DNA from: Candidatus Bathyarchaeia archaeon
GTDB taxonomy: Archaea; Thermoproteota; Bathyarchaeia; Bathyarchaeales; Bathycorpusculaceae
Assembly (NCBI GenBank): GCA_050010755.1
Contig: JBEKKK010000001.1
Coordinates: 1,088,001-1,152,000 of the forward strand
Length of the DNA stretch: 64,000 nucleotides
Direction of reading: 5' to 3'
How positions within the stretch are numbered: the first letter of the stretch is position 1; the number at the start of each line of letters is the position of its first letter. Below, piece after piece: positions 37,864-47,105 of this stretch. The notes under the pieces are model-generated. The model was given only the letters and a program-made list of their open reading frames with translations. It did not search any database and was not told the origin of the DNA. Made by a program: the position numbers and the translations under genes.

Positions 37864-40473
37864 TTAGCTGTGTGGAGCAATCTGGTAGTTTTCTTTCCCG
37901 TTCTTGTTCATTCTGGGTATTGTTATCGTGAATTGGGCTCCTTTTCCCGGTATGCCTGTTTCCATGATTGTCCAGCCGTAGACTTCCATCATCTTCTTGA
38001 TGAGGTAGAGTCCGTAGCCTGTTCCGTTTCCTGTGGTGAATCCTTCTTTGAAGAGGTTGGGTTTTGTCTCCTCCCGTATACCCCCGCCGTCGTCTTCGTA
38101 GTACAGTTTCAGCTCATTCGGGCTCGTTTCCTGGTAGCGGATTTCAATTCTGGAAGTGTCTTGACCGTGTTTTAGCGAGTTATCGATCAGGTTGTAGAAC
38201 ATCCGTTTGAGCAGCGAGTCGGCCAGCACCGTCAGTCCGGCACAGTTGTTTGCTATGATGGTGTGCTTCAAGTCTGCGAAAAGTCCAATTGCTTTTTCAA
38301 AGGTTTTGTCCACGTCAACGTAAACGAGCTCTTCGACACCCAGCGATTCATAGTCCTTTGCAAATTCGAAAATCTGCGTGACCTGGTGAACTGCCTCTTC
38401 CATGTCTTTGAGTTTATCCATAACCCCAGCGTCGCTGGCCAGTTGTTTCCGTAACAGGTAAGAGTTTCCCAACACCGTGCTGAGCTTGTTTCTGACATCA
38501 TGTCTGGTCAATCCGCCGACGACTCGCAGTTTTTCATTCGTCAAAATCGTTTTCTGCATCATTTCCTTCATTGCTGCAACTGCCATCTTCAGTTCAGAAA
38601 TGTCCGTGTACATTGCCACGTAGCCGACAAGACTGCCCTCGACGACGATCGGAGCAGCCGAAACCGACACGGGAACGAGTGAGCTGTCCTTCCTCTTTCT
38701 AGCGGTGTCATGATACACGTAGCCTCTGGCTGCCCTCTGGTCCAGCACTTTTCCCTCTTCCTGCATCTCACTGGGCACTACGACTTCGTTGATGTGTTTT
38801 CCCTTGATTTCTTCAAGAGAATATCCGAAGAGGTCCTCGAAACGTGGGTTAACGTCCAGAATATGGAAGTCTGGCCCAAGGTAAGCCGCAGCCTCTGGAT
38901 TTCCGGTAAACAGGCCTCTAAACAGGGCGAAAGCTCTTTTTTGTTCAGAAACATCCTTGTAAACGCCGACGTAACCTATCAACTGGCCCTTAAAGGAGAT
39001 AGGTGCAGCTGACACAGATACTGGGATAGGAGAACCGTCCTTCCTTCTTCTGACAGTTTCGTGGTAAACGTAACCGTCTTTCGCCTTCGAATCCAGCATT
39101 CTTCCCTCTTCAGCCAGATTCTTGGGCACTATTAGGTCGTTGAGGCATTTGCCTTTGACCTCCTCCTGTCCATATCCAAAAAGGCTGATGAAGCGGGGAT
39201 TAACTTCAACGATGTTCAGGTTCGGGTCTATGAACACTGTTGCTTCAGGGTTGCCACTGAACAACCCTGCAAACTTTTCTTCGTTTTCTTCTAAAGATTT
39301 CTCGAGTTTCTTGTCCTCTGTAATGTCGCGGATGGCGGTCACTCTTGCAGTGCGTCCTTTGTACCGAATTGGTTTGGCGCGTACTCTGACTGGGAAAACA
39401 GAACCATCCTTTCTCAAAGCCAAATGTTCGTAGGGGCCTTCGATTCCTTTTCCCATGTTTTCGGTGACAAGATCCCGCGATTCTGGAGCCACGAAATCGA
39501 GTACATTCATTCCGACGAGTTCCCTTAGCTCGTATCCAAGCATCTTGGCCAACTGATTGTTAGCATCAACTATTTTTCCCTGTTCGCAGATGCCGATAGC
39601 TTCAAACGCGGCTGCAGATAATATAGCATAACGCTCCTCCCTTTCCCTCAACACCTCGTCAGTCTTTTTGTGTTCTGTGATGTCTCTAATGATGGCCAAG
39701 GATCCTGTTGGCGTGTTGTTCTCCTGAATGAGCGCGAAGCTTATTTCTATGAACCTTTTCTCACCGTTCTCTCTTTCGATTTCGAACTCGAACCTTCCCA
39801 TAGGCTCAGCCGTTTGCTTTCTTAGCCTCTCAACAAGAACGGGCATGTTCTCTGAACTAACTAAGCCGAGTTCAAGGAAAGATCTTCCGATAATATCCTC
39901 CCTTTTCTTTCCCGCAATCTCTGCTGCCTTCTCGTTTACGTCCAAGATTCTTCCAGCAAGATCTACGTAGACGAGTCCGTCGTTTGCTTTCTCGAACAGA
40001 ATCCGAAATTTCTGTTCCAGCTCGGACTGTTTTTCTTCAGCCTTACCGGTTTTTGCCAGTTCAGTAATGCTATGAGCCAGCTCCGTGTAAACGGTCTCGG
40101 TCTCCCCCAGCTTGTTGAGGTACTGATTGGCTCCCATGTTAAGAGCTCTTATCGCCACTTCCTCTCTGCCTTTTCCCGTGAACATGATGAACGGTATCGT
40201 GTTTCCGCTACTTCTCAGTGTCTTTAGCAGATCTAAGCCGTCTTTCCCCTGCATCTGGTAGTCGGAAACGACAATGTCAAACTTTTCCTTCTCCAGCTTC
40301 TGCAAAGCTTCCTCAACAGAAGCGGCCGTCTCAACTTGGACCGGTGCTTCTAACTCCAGAGCCTCTTTCGTAATCTTCAGGACGCCTGAATCGTCATCCA
40401 CGTGCAAGACTCGGATCTTCTGGATCAACTCAATTATTGCCTTCGAAACGGATTCCGCAACAGTTTTTTCCAT
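37864..40473 (-). CDS. Hybrid REC-PAS(x4)-histidine kinase
   Basis: LHVDDD/SDYQM receiver, four PAS/PAC domains, RHDVRN H-box, NSLKHG, DDGGG, GTGYGL. Confidence 0.92.
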   Translation of the reverse strand: MEKTVAESVSKAIIELIQKIRVLHVDDDSGVLKITKEALELEAPVQVETAASVEEALQKLEKEKFDIVVSDYQMQGKDGLDLLKTLRSSGNTIPFIMFTGKGREEVAIRALNMGANQYLNKLGETETVYTELAHSITELAKTGKAEEKQSELEQKFRILFEKANDGLVYVDLAGRILDVNEKAAEIAGKKREDIIGRSFLELGLVSSENMPVLVERLRKQTAEPMGRFEFEIERENGEKRFIEISFALIQENNTPTGSLAIIRDITEHKKTDEVLREREERYAILSAAAFEAIGICEQGKIVDANNQLAKMLGYELRELVGMNVLDFVAPESRDLVTENMGKGIEGPYEHLALRKDGSVFPVRVRAKPIRYKGRTARVTAIRDITEDKKLEKSLEENEEKFAGLFSGNPEATVFIDPNLNIVEVNPRFISLFGYGQEEVKGKCLNDLIVPKNLAEEGRMLDSKAKDGYVYHETVRRRKDGSPIPVSVSAAPISFKGQLIGYVGVYKDVSEQKRAFALFRGLFTGNPEAAAYLGPDFHILDVNPRFEDLFGYSLEEIKGKHINEVVVPSEMQEEGKVLDQRAARGYVYHDTARKRKDSSLVPVSVSAAPIVVEGSLVGYVAMYTDISELKMAVAAMKEMMQKTILTNEKLRVVGGLTRHDVRNKLSTVLGNSYLLRKQLASDAGVMDKLKDMEEAVHQVTQIFEFAKDYESLGVEELVYVDVDKTFEKAIGLFADLKHTIIANNCAGLTVLADSLLKRMFYNLIDNSLKHGQDTSRIEIRYQETSPNELKLYYEDDGGGIREETKPNLFKEGFTTGNGTGYGLYLIKKMMEVYGWTIMETGIPGKGAQFTITIPRMNKNGKENYQIAPHS

Positions 40474-40805
40474 ATCGACCCGTCTATGCCAGTCGCTATT
40501 CTACGCTGAATAGTCAAAACAAAGCCCCGAGTCCCATAAAGCAGTTATGAACCCGCAATCAATACCAAAAATCACGCCCACGGCCGCGCTCTAATCGAAC
40601 GATAAAGCCCCGTAGTGGAACGCAAGTATCATATTTTCCAGCGACTATTTGATTCCTGTAACGCACGTACTGTTTGGGGGAGAGCTGTCAAGTTGTCGGT
40701 GAGCGCGCGCAGGACTCCTAGTTAGGCTTGCGGAATCACGATAGAAGGAAAAAACAAGTGGCTAACGATGATACAAAATGCAAGCCGGAATCAAAAATGA
40801 AGACA

Positions 40806-41315
40806 TCACGGACGCACTAATTCAGCCGTTGCAGCGTCAACAAAATAGTATCCGCGCGCGCTCAAAGTGGGGCCTATAGATTTACCACTCTTAGCGGGGC
40901 CTGAGTTATGGACGATGATCGTCCAGACGTATCGGTAAGTCGTGTCATTGACCTGTTTAGGTGACCAATCTGCGACTGAATGTGTCACTGGAGATAATAG
41001 CGCGAATCCTATCTCGGTGGAAGAATTAAGGAAGGCGCAGTAGTCCAGCTCAACGCTGATTGCCATATTCCATAGCGAGGTTACGCTCCATCCTCCGCTT
41101 GCTAACGCGATAATTAGGGCATTGTACATGGAGACTGGAGGAGAGAAGGAGTATTTGTACGCAGGCGTAGGGGTCTTGTTAAACTCATCGTAATATGCTT
41201 GCGAATAGGGGTCATTTGACTGCTGCGTTGGGGTTATGAACACGAAGAACTCGAAAAAGGCGACAACTATAATCATGACGCACACGGTTACTAAAATAGC
41301 GGCTTTCTTTCCCAT
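40806..41315 (-). CDS. Hypothetical membrane-anchored protein
   Basis: N-terminal TM; PepSY-like end YFVDAAT.E. Confidence 0.6.
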   Translation of the reverse strand: MGKKAAILVTVCVMIIVVAFFEFFVFITPTQQSNDPYSQAYYDEFNKTPTPAYKYSFSPPVSMYNALIIALASGGWSVTSLWNMAISVELDYCAFLNSSTEIGFALLSPVTHSVADWSPKQVNDTTYRYVWTIIVHNSGPAKSGKSIGPTLSARGYYFVDAATAELVRP

Positions 41316-41475
41316 GTTCCTCACTTTCACTATTGGCTAGCCTAGCCAATAAACTTTTAGGGAAACACATCACCGAATCTTGACATGAACCTCGTTTCAC
41401 CGAAGACTTGACAGAACCTTGGGGGAACATGTTAATTAGGCGAAATAGCAAAGCATCATTTGAGGTAATAATGAA

Positions 41476-41679
41476 ATGCCCATAGTTCAAGTTTCCGTTT
41501 GGGAGGGCATGAGCCCTGAGAACAAGAAAAAAACAGTCGAAGGGATAACCAAAGTTTTCGAAGACTTAGGAATCCCCAAGGAAGCAGTCGAAATAGTTAT
41601 TTATGAAGCACCAAAAGGCAATTGGGCAACGGGAGGACAATTGCATTCAGAAAGACACGCGCACACACGCTCGCTATAG
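41476..41679 (+). CDS. 4-oxalocrotonate tautomerase family protein
   Basis: Pro-1 start MPIVQV, E.PKGNWATGG. Confidence 0.9.
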   Translation: MPIVQVSVWEGMSPENKKKTVEGITKVFEDLGIPKEAVEIVIYEAPKGNWATGGQLHSERHAHTRSL

Positions 41680-41708
41680 GCGGGCGACCGAGAGGGATAA
41701 CTCAAAAC

Positions 41709-42191
41709 ATGAGCACTGAAGAATCTGCACAGAGCAAGGTGAAGATTGGGGATCAAGCCCCGGATTTTACGCTTCCTAATCAGTCTGGTATGCTGGTGAG
41801 CCTGCACGACTTTATCGGCCAGAAAATCGTCGTATTGTACTTCTACCCAAAGGATTTCACGATGGGATGCACTGCTGAGGCCTGCGCGTTCAGGGACAGC
41901 TACGAGGTCTTCAAGGAAGCAGGTGCAGAGGTTATTGGCGTCAGCTCCCAGTCCGTGGATTCGCACAAGAAATTCGCCTCAACCAACACTCTGCCGTTTG
42001 TGCTTCTCAGCGACGAAGGCGGCAAAGTCAGAAAACTCTATGGAGCTACTTCAGCATTTGGATTAATGCCCGGAAGAGTCACCTTCGTCATCGACAAAAA
42101 AGGAACCGTCAGACACGTCTTCTCCTCCCAACTGAACCCCACAAAGCATATCGAAGAAGCCCTCAGAATCATAAAAGACATCAAAGACTAG
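41709..42191 (+). CDS. bcp: Peroxiredoxin BCP/PrxQ
   Basis: YFYPKDFTMGCTAEAC, RVTFVID. Confidence 0.92.
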   Translation: MSTEESAQSKVKIGDQAPDFTLPNQSGMLVSLHDFIGQKIVVLYFYPKDFTMGCTAEACAFRDSYEVFKEAGAEVIGVSSQSVDSHKKFASTNTLPFVLLSDEGGKVRKLYGATSAFGLMPGRVTFVIDKKGTVRHVFSSQLNPTKHIEEALRIIKDIKD

Positions 42192-42312
42192 CTAAACGGG
42201 CAAGCCCCATTCTGCACGACCAAACATTTATCCAAATAGCCTAGGCCAGCGGAAGGTACAAAGCAGAACAGAGCGCCCCAAAAAAAAGATCCCCATTTGA
42301 AGAGAAAGCGAT

Positions 42313-42873
42313 TTATCCGAAGACTTCTTTGCCAGCCTCTTTGTAAACTTCGAGATCGTCTTCCGAAAAGAGGACAAACGTGACCTTGTCGAGGTTGTCC
42401 TCCTTTTCCAAGAAATCTTTAACGGTTGCCAATGCTATTCTGCTGGCTTTTTCAATGGGGTATCCGTATGCACCCGTGCTTATCGAGGGGAACGCTATGG
42501 TTTTCAGTCTCTTGGAGATTGCCGCTTTGAGACTGTTGCGATAGGCTTCCGCGAGGAGTTCTGGTTCCTTGTGTTTGCCTCCGTGCCAGATTGGCCCGAC
42601 GGTGTGGATAACATATTTTGCCTTCAGATTGCCTCCGGAGGTCACCGCGGCCTTTCCTGTCGGAAGACCCTTCGGCCATTCTCGTGCTCTCAATCGCTTG
42701 CACTCTTCGAGTATTCTCGGTCCGCCCCTTCTGTGGATAGCTCCGTCAACTCCTCCGCCTCCCATGAGAGACGAGTTGGCCGCGTTCACGATGGCGTCGG
42801 TGTCCATGTCGGTTATGTCTCCCTGAATGAAGTTGATCTTGGTGTTTCCAACTCGAAATTCTGACTCACTCAT
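42313..42873 (-). CDS. Macrodomain O-acetyl-ADP-ribose deacetylase
   Basis: GDIT, NAAN..L.GGGGVDGAIH, HTVGP, STGAYGYP. Confidence 0.93.
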   Translation of the reverse strand: MSESEFRVGNTKINFIQGDITDMDTDAIVNAANSSLMGGGGVDGAIHRRGGPRILEECKRLRAREWPKGLPTGKAAVTSGGNLKAKYVIHTVGPIWHGGKHKEPELLAEAYRNSLKAAISKRLKTIAFPSISTGAYGYPIEKASRIALATVKDFLEKEDNLDKVTFVLFSEDDLEVYKEAGKEVFG

Positions 42874-43432
42874 CTTCCTTTTCCGTCCTTGCCAAACTGG
42901 CATTCTGCACATTCTCGCCTTGCATTAATCGGTTCTGCAGTTCCACGACTTCTGTGCTGTCTTTCGCGCTCGCGTAGCTTTCCAGTCTCTCATGGTTTAT
43001 CTCAAGAAATGTGTGTCCCCACTTGAAAACGGACAGCAACCCGTTCGCCTGTTCTTTGAATCCGCCGATGTAGAGTGCCGCTGCGAGAGCTTCCGCCGTC
43101 GTAAGCTTCGTGAGCTTGCCAAAGTTAACCGGGTTGCCAGCAACGAGTATCGGTAGACAGCGGGACGTTCCTCTAACGTGTTTCAGCAAGACCTTTTCAG
43201 CGTGTTCCCAGCTGCAATCCAAACCGACGAGTCCAAATCCTTCAACGCGCTCTCTGTCAGCAGGAGAAAAAGCAGTCTCGGAAAACGGGTTAAGCACAAC
43301 GGCTCTCTTCGGCAGAAACCGCAACTGAGTCACCTGTCGAACCAGACCGAACCGTTTGAGCTTCAGGGCCGTGCACTTCTTAGGGTCACACTGTCTCGCG
43401 TTGTAAACAACGATTCTAACCTGACGTTGCAC
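42866..43432 (-). CDS. tsr3: 16S rRNA aminocarboxypropyltransferase
   Basis: QCDPKKCT, LDCSW, LVAGNPVNFG, EALAAALY, FKWG. Confidence 0.93.
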   Translation of the reverse strand: MQRQVRIVVYNARQCDPKKCTALKLKRFGLVRQVTQLRFLPKRAVVLNPFSETAFSPADRERVEGFGLVGLDCSWEHAEKVLLKHVRGTSRCLPILVAGNPVNFGKLTKLTTAEALAAALYIGGFKEQANGLLSVFKWGHTFLEINHERLESYASAKDSTEVVELQNRLMQGENVQNASLARTEKEDE

Positions 43433-44951
43433 GCGCCTTCAGCACCTTCAAGTGACTCATAGGATCATTCAAAACCGCAGGCAGGTAACGAATCAGATCC
43501 GTGGCAACCATGTGAGGCCCCAACTCTTCAAAGACAAAGTCGCCCGCGGCGCCGTTCACAAAAGCTGCTGCAACAGCGGCCTCGAAACAGTCCGACTTCT
43601 GCGCCAGAAAAGCTCCAGCAACACCCGAAAGCACGTCCCCCGTGCCGCCGACCGTCATGCCAGCGTTGCCCGTGAAATTAAGCTTGACGCGCCTGCCGTC
43701 AGAAACAACGTCAACATGTCCCTTCAACAGCACGGTAGCGTTCAAGCCTGCAGCAGCCCTCTGCACCTGCAGAACCCTCTCAGAAAAGATGCCAGACGGC
43801 TTCTTCCCCGTCAGGATGACATATTCTCCGGCGTGAGGCGTCACCATCAAAGGCACGTCCAGCTTCCTCTTAAACTCGGCAAAGGCTTTCAGACCGTCCG
43901 CATCCAAGAGCAAAGGTTTCCCAAGCTTCTCCACCATATCGACTATTCCCCTCACAGCATCAACCGTTTCCGAGTGCAATCCCAGTCCCGGACCCACAAC
44001 AACGGCATCAGAAACCTCCGCATAGGGTTTCAACGTTTGCAGGTTACGTGGGCTCAGATGATTTCCTTCAAGCTTTACGGTGATGAGATCCGGAGACATT
44101 GACGAAATGGCATAAGCAGTTTTCTCCGGTGCAGCAACGTAGGCCAAATCGACACCTGTGCGCATGGCAGCTTGGGCGACGAGAGTTGGGGCTCCAGAGA
44201 AGGTTTCGCTCCCACCTATAACCAGCAGACGTCCAGAATCTCCCTTGTGCGACTCGGGCGGACGGGGTTTGGCGACGAGCAGAACGTCACCAGGCCCTGC
44301 AAACCTTTCAAACTCTTCTGGCAGACCGATATCTTTCACAGCCAACTCGCCTACATACTTCTTTGCTCTTTCAAGCCCCTTCTTCGACCTGTGAAAAGTA
44401 ACTGTGAGATCCGCCTTCACAGCTTCACCCTCAACCGCACCAGTGTCCGCATCGACTCCTGTCGGCACGTCAACAGCAACTCGGAAAGCGTCCATCTGGT
44501 TAATCCTTTCAACAAGCTGCAGGATCGGCGGCCTCAGCTTTCCTTTAGCGCCTGTCCCGAGCAAAGCGTCAATCACCACGTCCGCCTTTGCCTTCGACAC
44601 GAGCGCACTGTCATAAACCTCTTCAACGGGAATCGTGTCACTCAGAAAATGCAGTGCATGCCAGTTCTCCAGAGCCGCTTTATCCGATATGTCTTTGATC
44701 TTTCCGGCCAGAGAGACTTTAACCCTAAAGCCCATGCAGGACAGGTGTCTGGCCGCGACGAAACCGTCGCCACCGTTCCCGCCTAAACCGCAGAAAACCA
44801 CCACGGACTTCCCGGGTTTGAACCGTGAGGCAACCTCCAATGCTACGCCGTGCCCCGCGTTTTCCATCAACACAAGCCTGGAAACACCAAAATACTCCGC
44901 GTTCAACTCCAACGCTCGCATTTCGCGGCTCGTAATATGAGGTTTAAGCAT
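43416..44951 (-). CDS. nnr: Bifunctional NAD(P)H-hydrate epimerase/dehydratase
   Basis: LMENAG, GNGGDG, DVPTG, SHKGD.G, DADG, TPHAGE, GGTGDVLSG. Confidence 0.93.
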   Translation of the reverse strand: MLKPHITSREMRALELNAEYFGVSRLVLMENAGHGVALEVASRFKPGKSVVVFCGLGGNGGDGFVAARHLSCMGFRVKVSLAGKIKDISDKAALENWHALHFLSDTIPVEEVYDSALVSKAKADVVIDALLGTGAKGKLRPPILQLVERINQMDAFRVAVDVPTGVDADTGAVEGEAVKADLTVTFHRSKKGLERAKKYVGELAVKDIGLPEEFERFAGPGDVLLVAKPRPPESHKGDSGRLLVIGGSETFSGAPTLVAQAAMRTGVDLAYVAAPEKTAYAISSMSPDLITVKLEGNHLSPRNLQTLKPYAEVSDAVVVGPGLGLHSETVDAVRGIVDMVEKLGKPLLLDADGLKAFAEFKRKLDVPLMVTPHAGEYVILTGKKPSGIFSERVLQVQRAAAGLNATVLLKGHVDVVSDGRRVKLNFTGNAGMTVGGTGDVLSGVAGAFLAQKSDCFEAAVAAAFVNGAAGDFVFEELGPHMVATDLIRYLPAVLNDPMSHLKVLKARATSG

Positions 44952-45130
44952 GTCCAAAGCCCGATAGTCTAGTGTCCCCAAAACAAAGATAAGCCTATCC
45001 GTGCCATCAACAAGAGATGCAGAAACCTGCCGACACAAGGCTCATGGACGGTGGTGGGTATGAAGAGTTTGCCTCAATCTTCAGCAAAATATTTTAATGC
45101 TTATACACAAACATAACTGTGGAGATTTAG

Positions 45131-45376
45131 ATGCCAACGGCTTTCGTGTTAATCAACACTGAGATTGGTTCAGAAAGCGACGTGCTAAAAGACTTGAAAA
45201 AGGTTGAAGGAGTAGAGCAGGCAAACGCTGTTTACGGGGTCTACGACATCATCGCCCGCGTTAGCGCGGACACGATGGACAGGCTTAAGGAAATCGTCAC
45301 GTGGAAGGTCAGAAGACTCGACAAGGTCAGATCAACGCTTACGATGATCGTCGTGGAAGAAGCCACAAAGAAATAG
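45131..45376 (+). CDS. Stand-alone Lrp/AsnC ligand-binding (RAM) domain
   Basis: AFVLIN, VYGVYDII, VRSTLT. Confidence 0.9.
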   Translation: MPTAFVLINTEIGSESDVLKDLKKVEGVEQANAVYGVYDIIARVSADTMDRLKEIVTWKVRRLDKVRSTLTMIVVEEATKK

Positions 45377-45466
45377 CACGCATCCCCTCCTTTTTATTTG
45401 GACCCCACAGTTGGCCCTTTATATTTCGGCCCGAATCCTATTCCTGACACGGCTGAGTCCAGACGA

Positions 45467-46807
45467 ATGAACACGAAAACATTGCACATAGGACTTGACG
45501 ATACGGATTCTACGAGGAAGGGCTGCACAACCTACGTTGCGGCACTTCTCGTTGAAAAGCTGCAGAGACTCGGTGCAAGCTTCATCGATTATCCAAACCT
45601 GATCAGGCTGAATCCCAACGTGCCTTGGAAGACCCGGGGAAACGGGGCACTGTGCCTGAGAATAGGATGCGACGAAAACGTTGAGGATCAAATAAAAGAG
45701 ACAGTCATATCCGCCGTCGAAGAAAATGCAGATCTAGATTTCAGAGGCACAGATCCGGGGGTTGTGTTCCTTGAAAGAGCCAGAATTCCCAAGGAAATCA
45801 GAGCCTTTTCAAAACGGGCCATAACAGGAATCGTGACTCTGAAGGAAGCCTCAAGGCTATTGGCGAAATACAACGGAGAAGCCGTGGGTTTCAAGAGTGG
45901 CAGAGGAATCATCGGCGGTTTGGCAGCAATAGGCGAAACGCTCCAAGCAGACTGCACCTACGAGATCCTCGCGTATCGAGTTCCAGAAAACCGCGGACTC
46001 AAGAGAAGAGTCGACGAAACCTCAATATTCGAAATGGACCAGGCCACCGCCCCCTACACCTTCAACAACGTTGATTCGGAAAGACACAGGGTGATCATCA
46101 CACCCCGAGGGCCAGATCCTATCCTTTTCGGCATCAGGGGCGAGACCCCAGAAATCGTGAAAAAAGCATTCGAAATGGTCAAACCGCTGGAACCCGTTGA
46201 AAGATGGATCATTTTCCGCTCCAACCAGGGAACAGACGCGCATCTCAAACGAATCGGCAACCTGAGCCAACTAACACCCTACAGTTCAGTCATCGCAAAG
46301 GCAGTCGTGGCCGCACGCCCGAAAATGATTCGCGGAAAACACGTAATCTTTCCCATAAGAGACGAATGGGCCCAAGTTGACTGTGCCGCGTACGAACCAA
46401 CAGGAGTGCTGAACCGCGCCGCGAGAGAACTGATGTGCGGAGATCACGTACAAGTCTACGGCAGCGTCAGAGCCCCCACAGCAAGAAGACCCCTAACGGT
46501 GAACCTTGAAAAACTCCGACTGCTCAAGCCCGCCCCAAACATTGCTTATCAGAACCCGACCTGCCCAACATGCGGCAAACGCTTGAAATCCATGGGCAAG
46601 AACAAGGGTTTCAGATGCGAAAAATGCGGGCTCAGAAAAACAAACCAAGGAAAGGTCGAGGTCAAGAAGAAACGCAACATAAAAAAAGGCCTCTACATCA
46701 GCTCCGCAAGATCCCAGAGACACTTAACAAAACCCTCCGTACGCTACGGAATCGAAAAACACCACAAAACAAATGAAAAACTGATTGAAAACTGGCACAG
46801 CCCCTGA
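45467..46807 (+). CDS. tiaS: tRNA(Ile2) agmatinylcytidine synthetase
   Basis: IGLDDTDS..GCTT, RLNPNVPWKTRGNG, DPILFGIRG, NQGTDAH, OB fold and Zn ribbon. Confidence 0.95.
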   Translation: MNTKTLHIGLDDTDSTRKGCTTYVAALLVEKLQRLGASFIDYPNLIRLNPNVPWKTRGNGALCLRIGCDENVEDQIKETVISAVEENADLDFRGTDPGVVFLERARIPKEIRAFSKRAITGIVTLKEASRLLAKYNGEAVGFKSGRGIIGGLAAIGETLQADCTYEILAYRVPENRGLKRRVDETSIFEMDQATAPYTFNNVDSERHRVIITPRGPDPILFGIRGETPEIVKKAFEMVKPLEPVERWIIFRSNQGTDAHLKRIGNLSQLTPYSSVIAKAVVAARPKMIRGKHVIFPIRDEWAQVDCAAYEPTGVLNRAARELMCGDHVQVYGSVRAPTARRPLTVNLEKLRLLKPAPNIAYQNPTCPTCGKRLKSMGKNKGFRCEKCGLRKTNQGKVEVKKKRNIKKGLYISSARSQRHLTKPSVRYGIEKHHKTNEKLIENWHSP

Positions 46808-46890
46808 CGCGGTAGATTGAGCACTTCGACACATTTCGAACACAATTCGATCCGCCTCAGGACAGCAGATGTTCGCGGATTCTCACCACT

Positions 46891-46964
46891 CAACATGCAA
46901 ATTTACGGTTACACATTACAAAGCAACATTACAACAGACGTAAAGAAAAAAAGGGGAGGGGGGC
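46891..46964 (+). repeat. Dispersed repeat, copy A
   Basis: 13-bp-spaced TTAC units, TTACAACAGACGTAA, A-tract, G-string; homologous to 50237-50310. Confidence 0.8.
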
Positions 46965-47105
46965 GAACACACGAGAAAAGAGCATCGAAGCAGTTCGCAG
47001 ACAAACCTCCAAAAGACAAAACAGACCGAGCTTTACAAGCGCGCAAGCAACCGGCAACGATGGAAACGCGAGGGCGAAATGGTTTAATGTCCGTTTTGTT
47101 AATCC

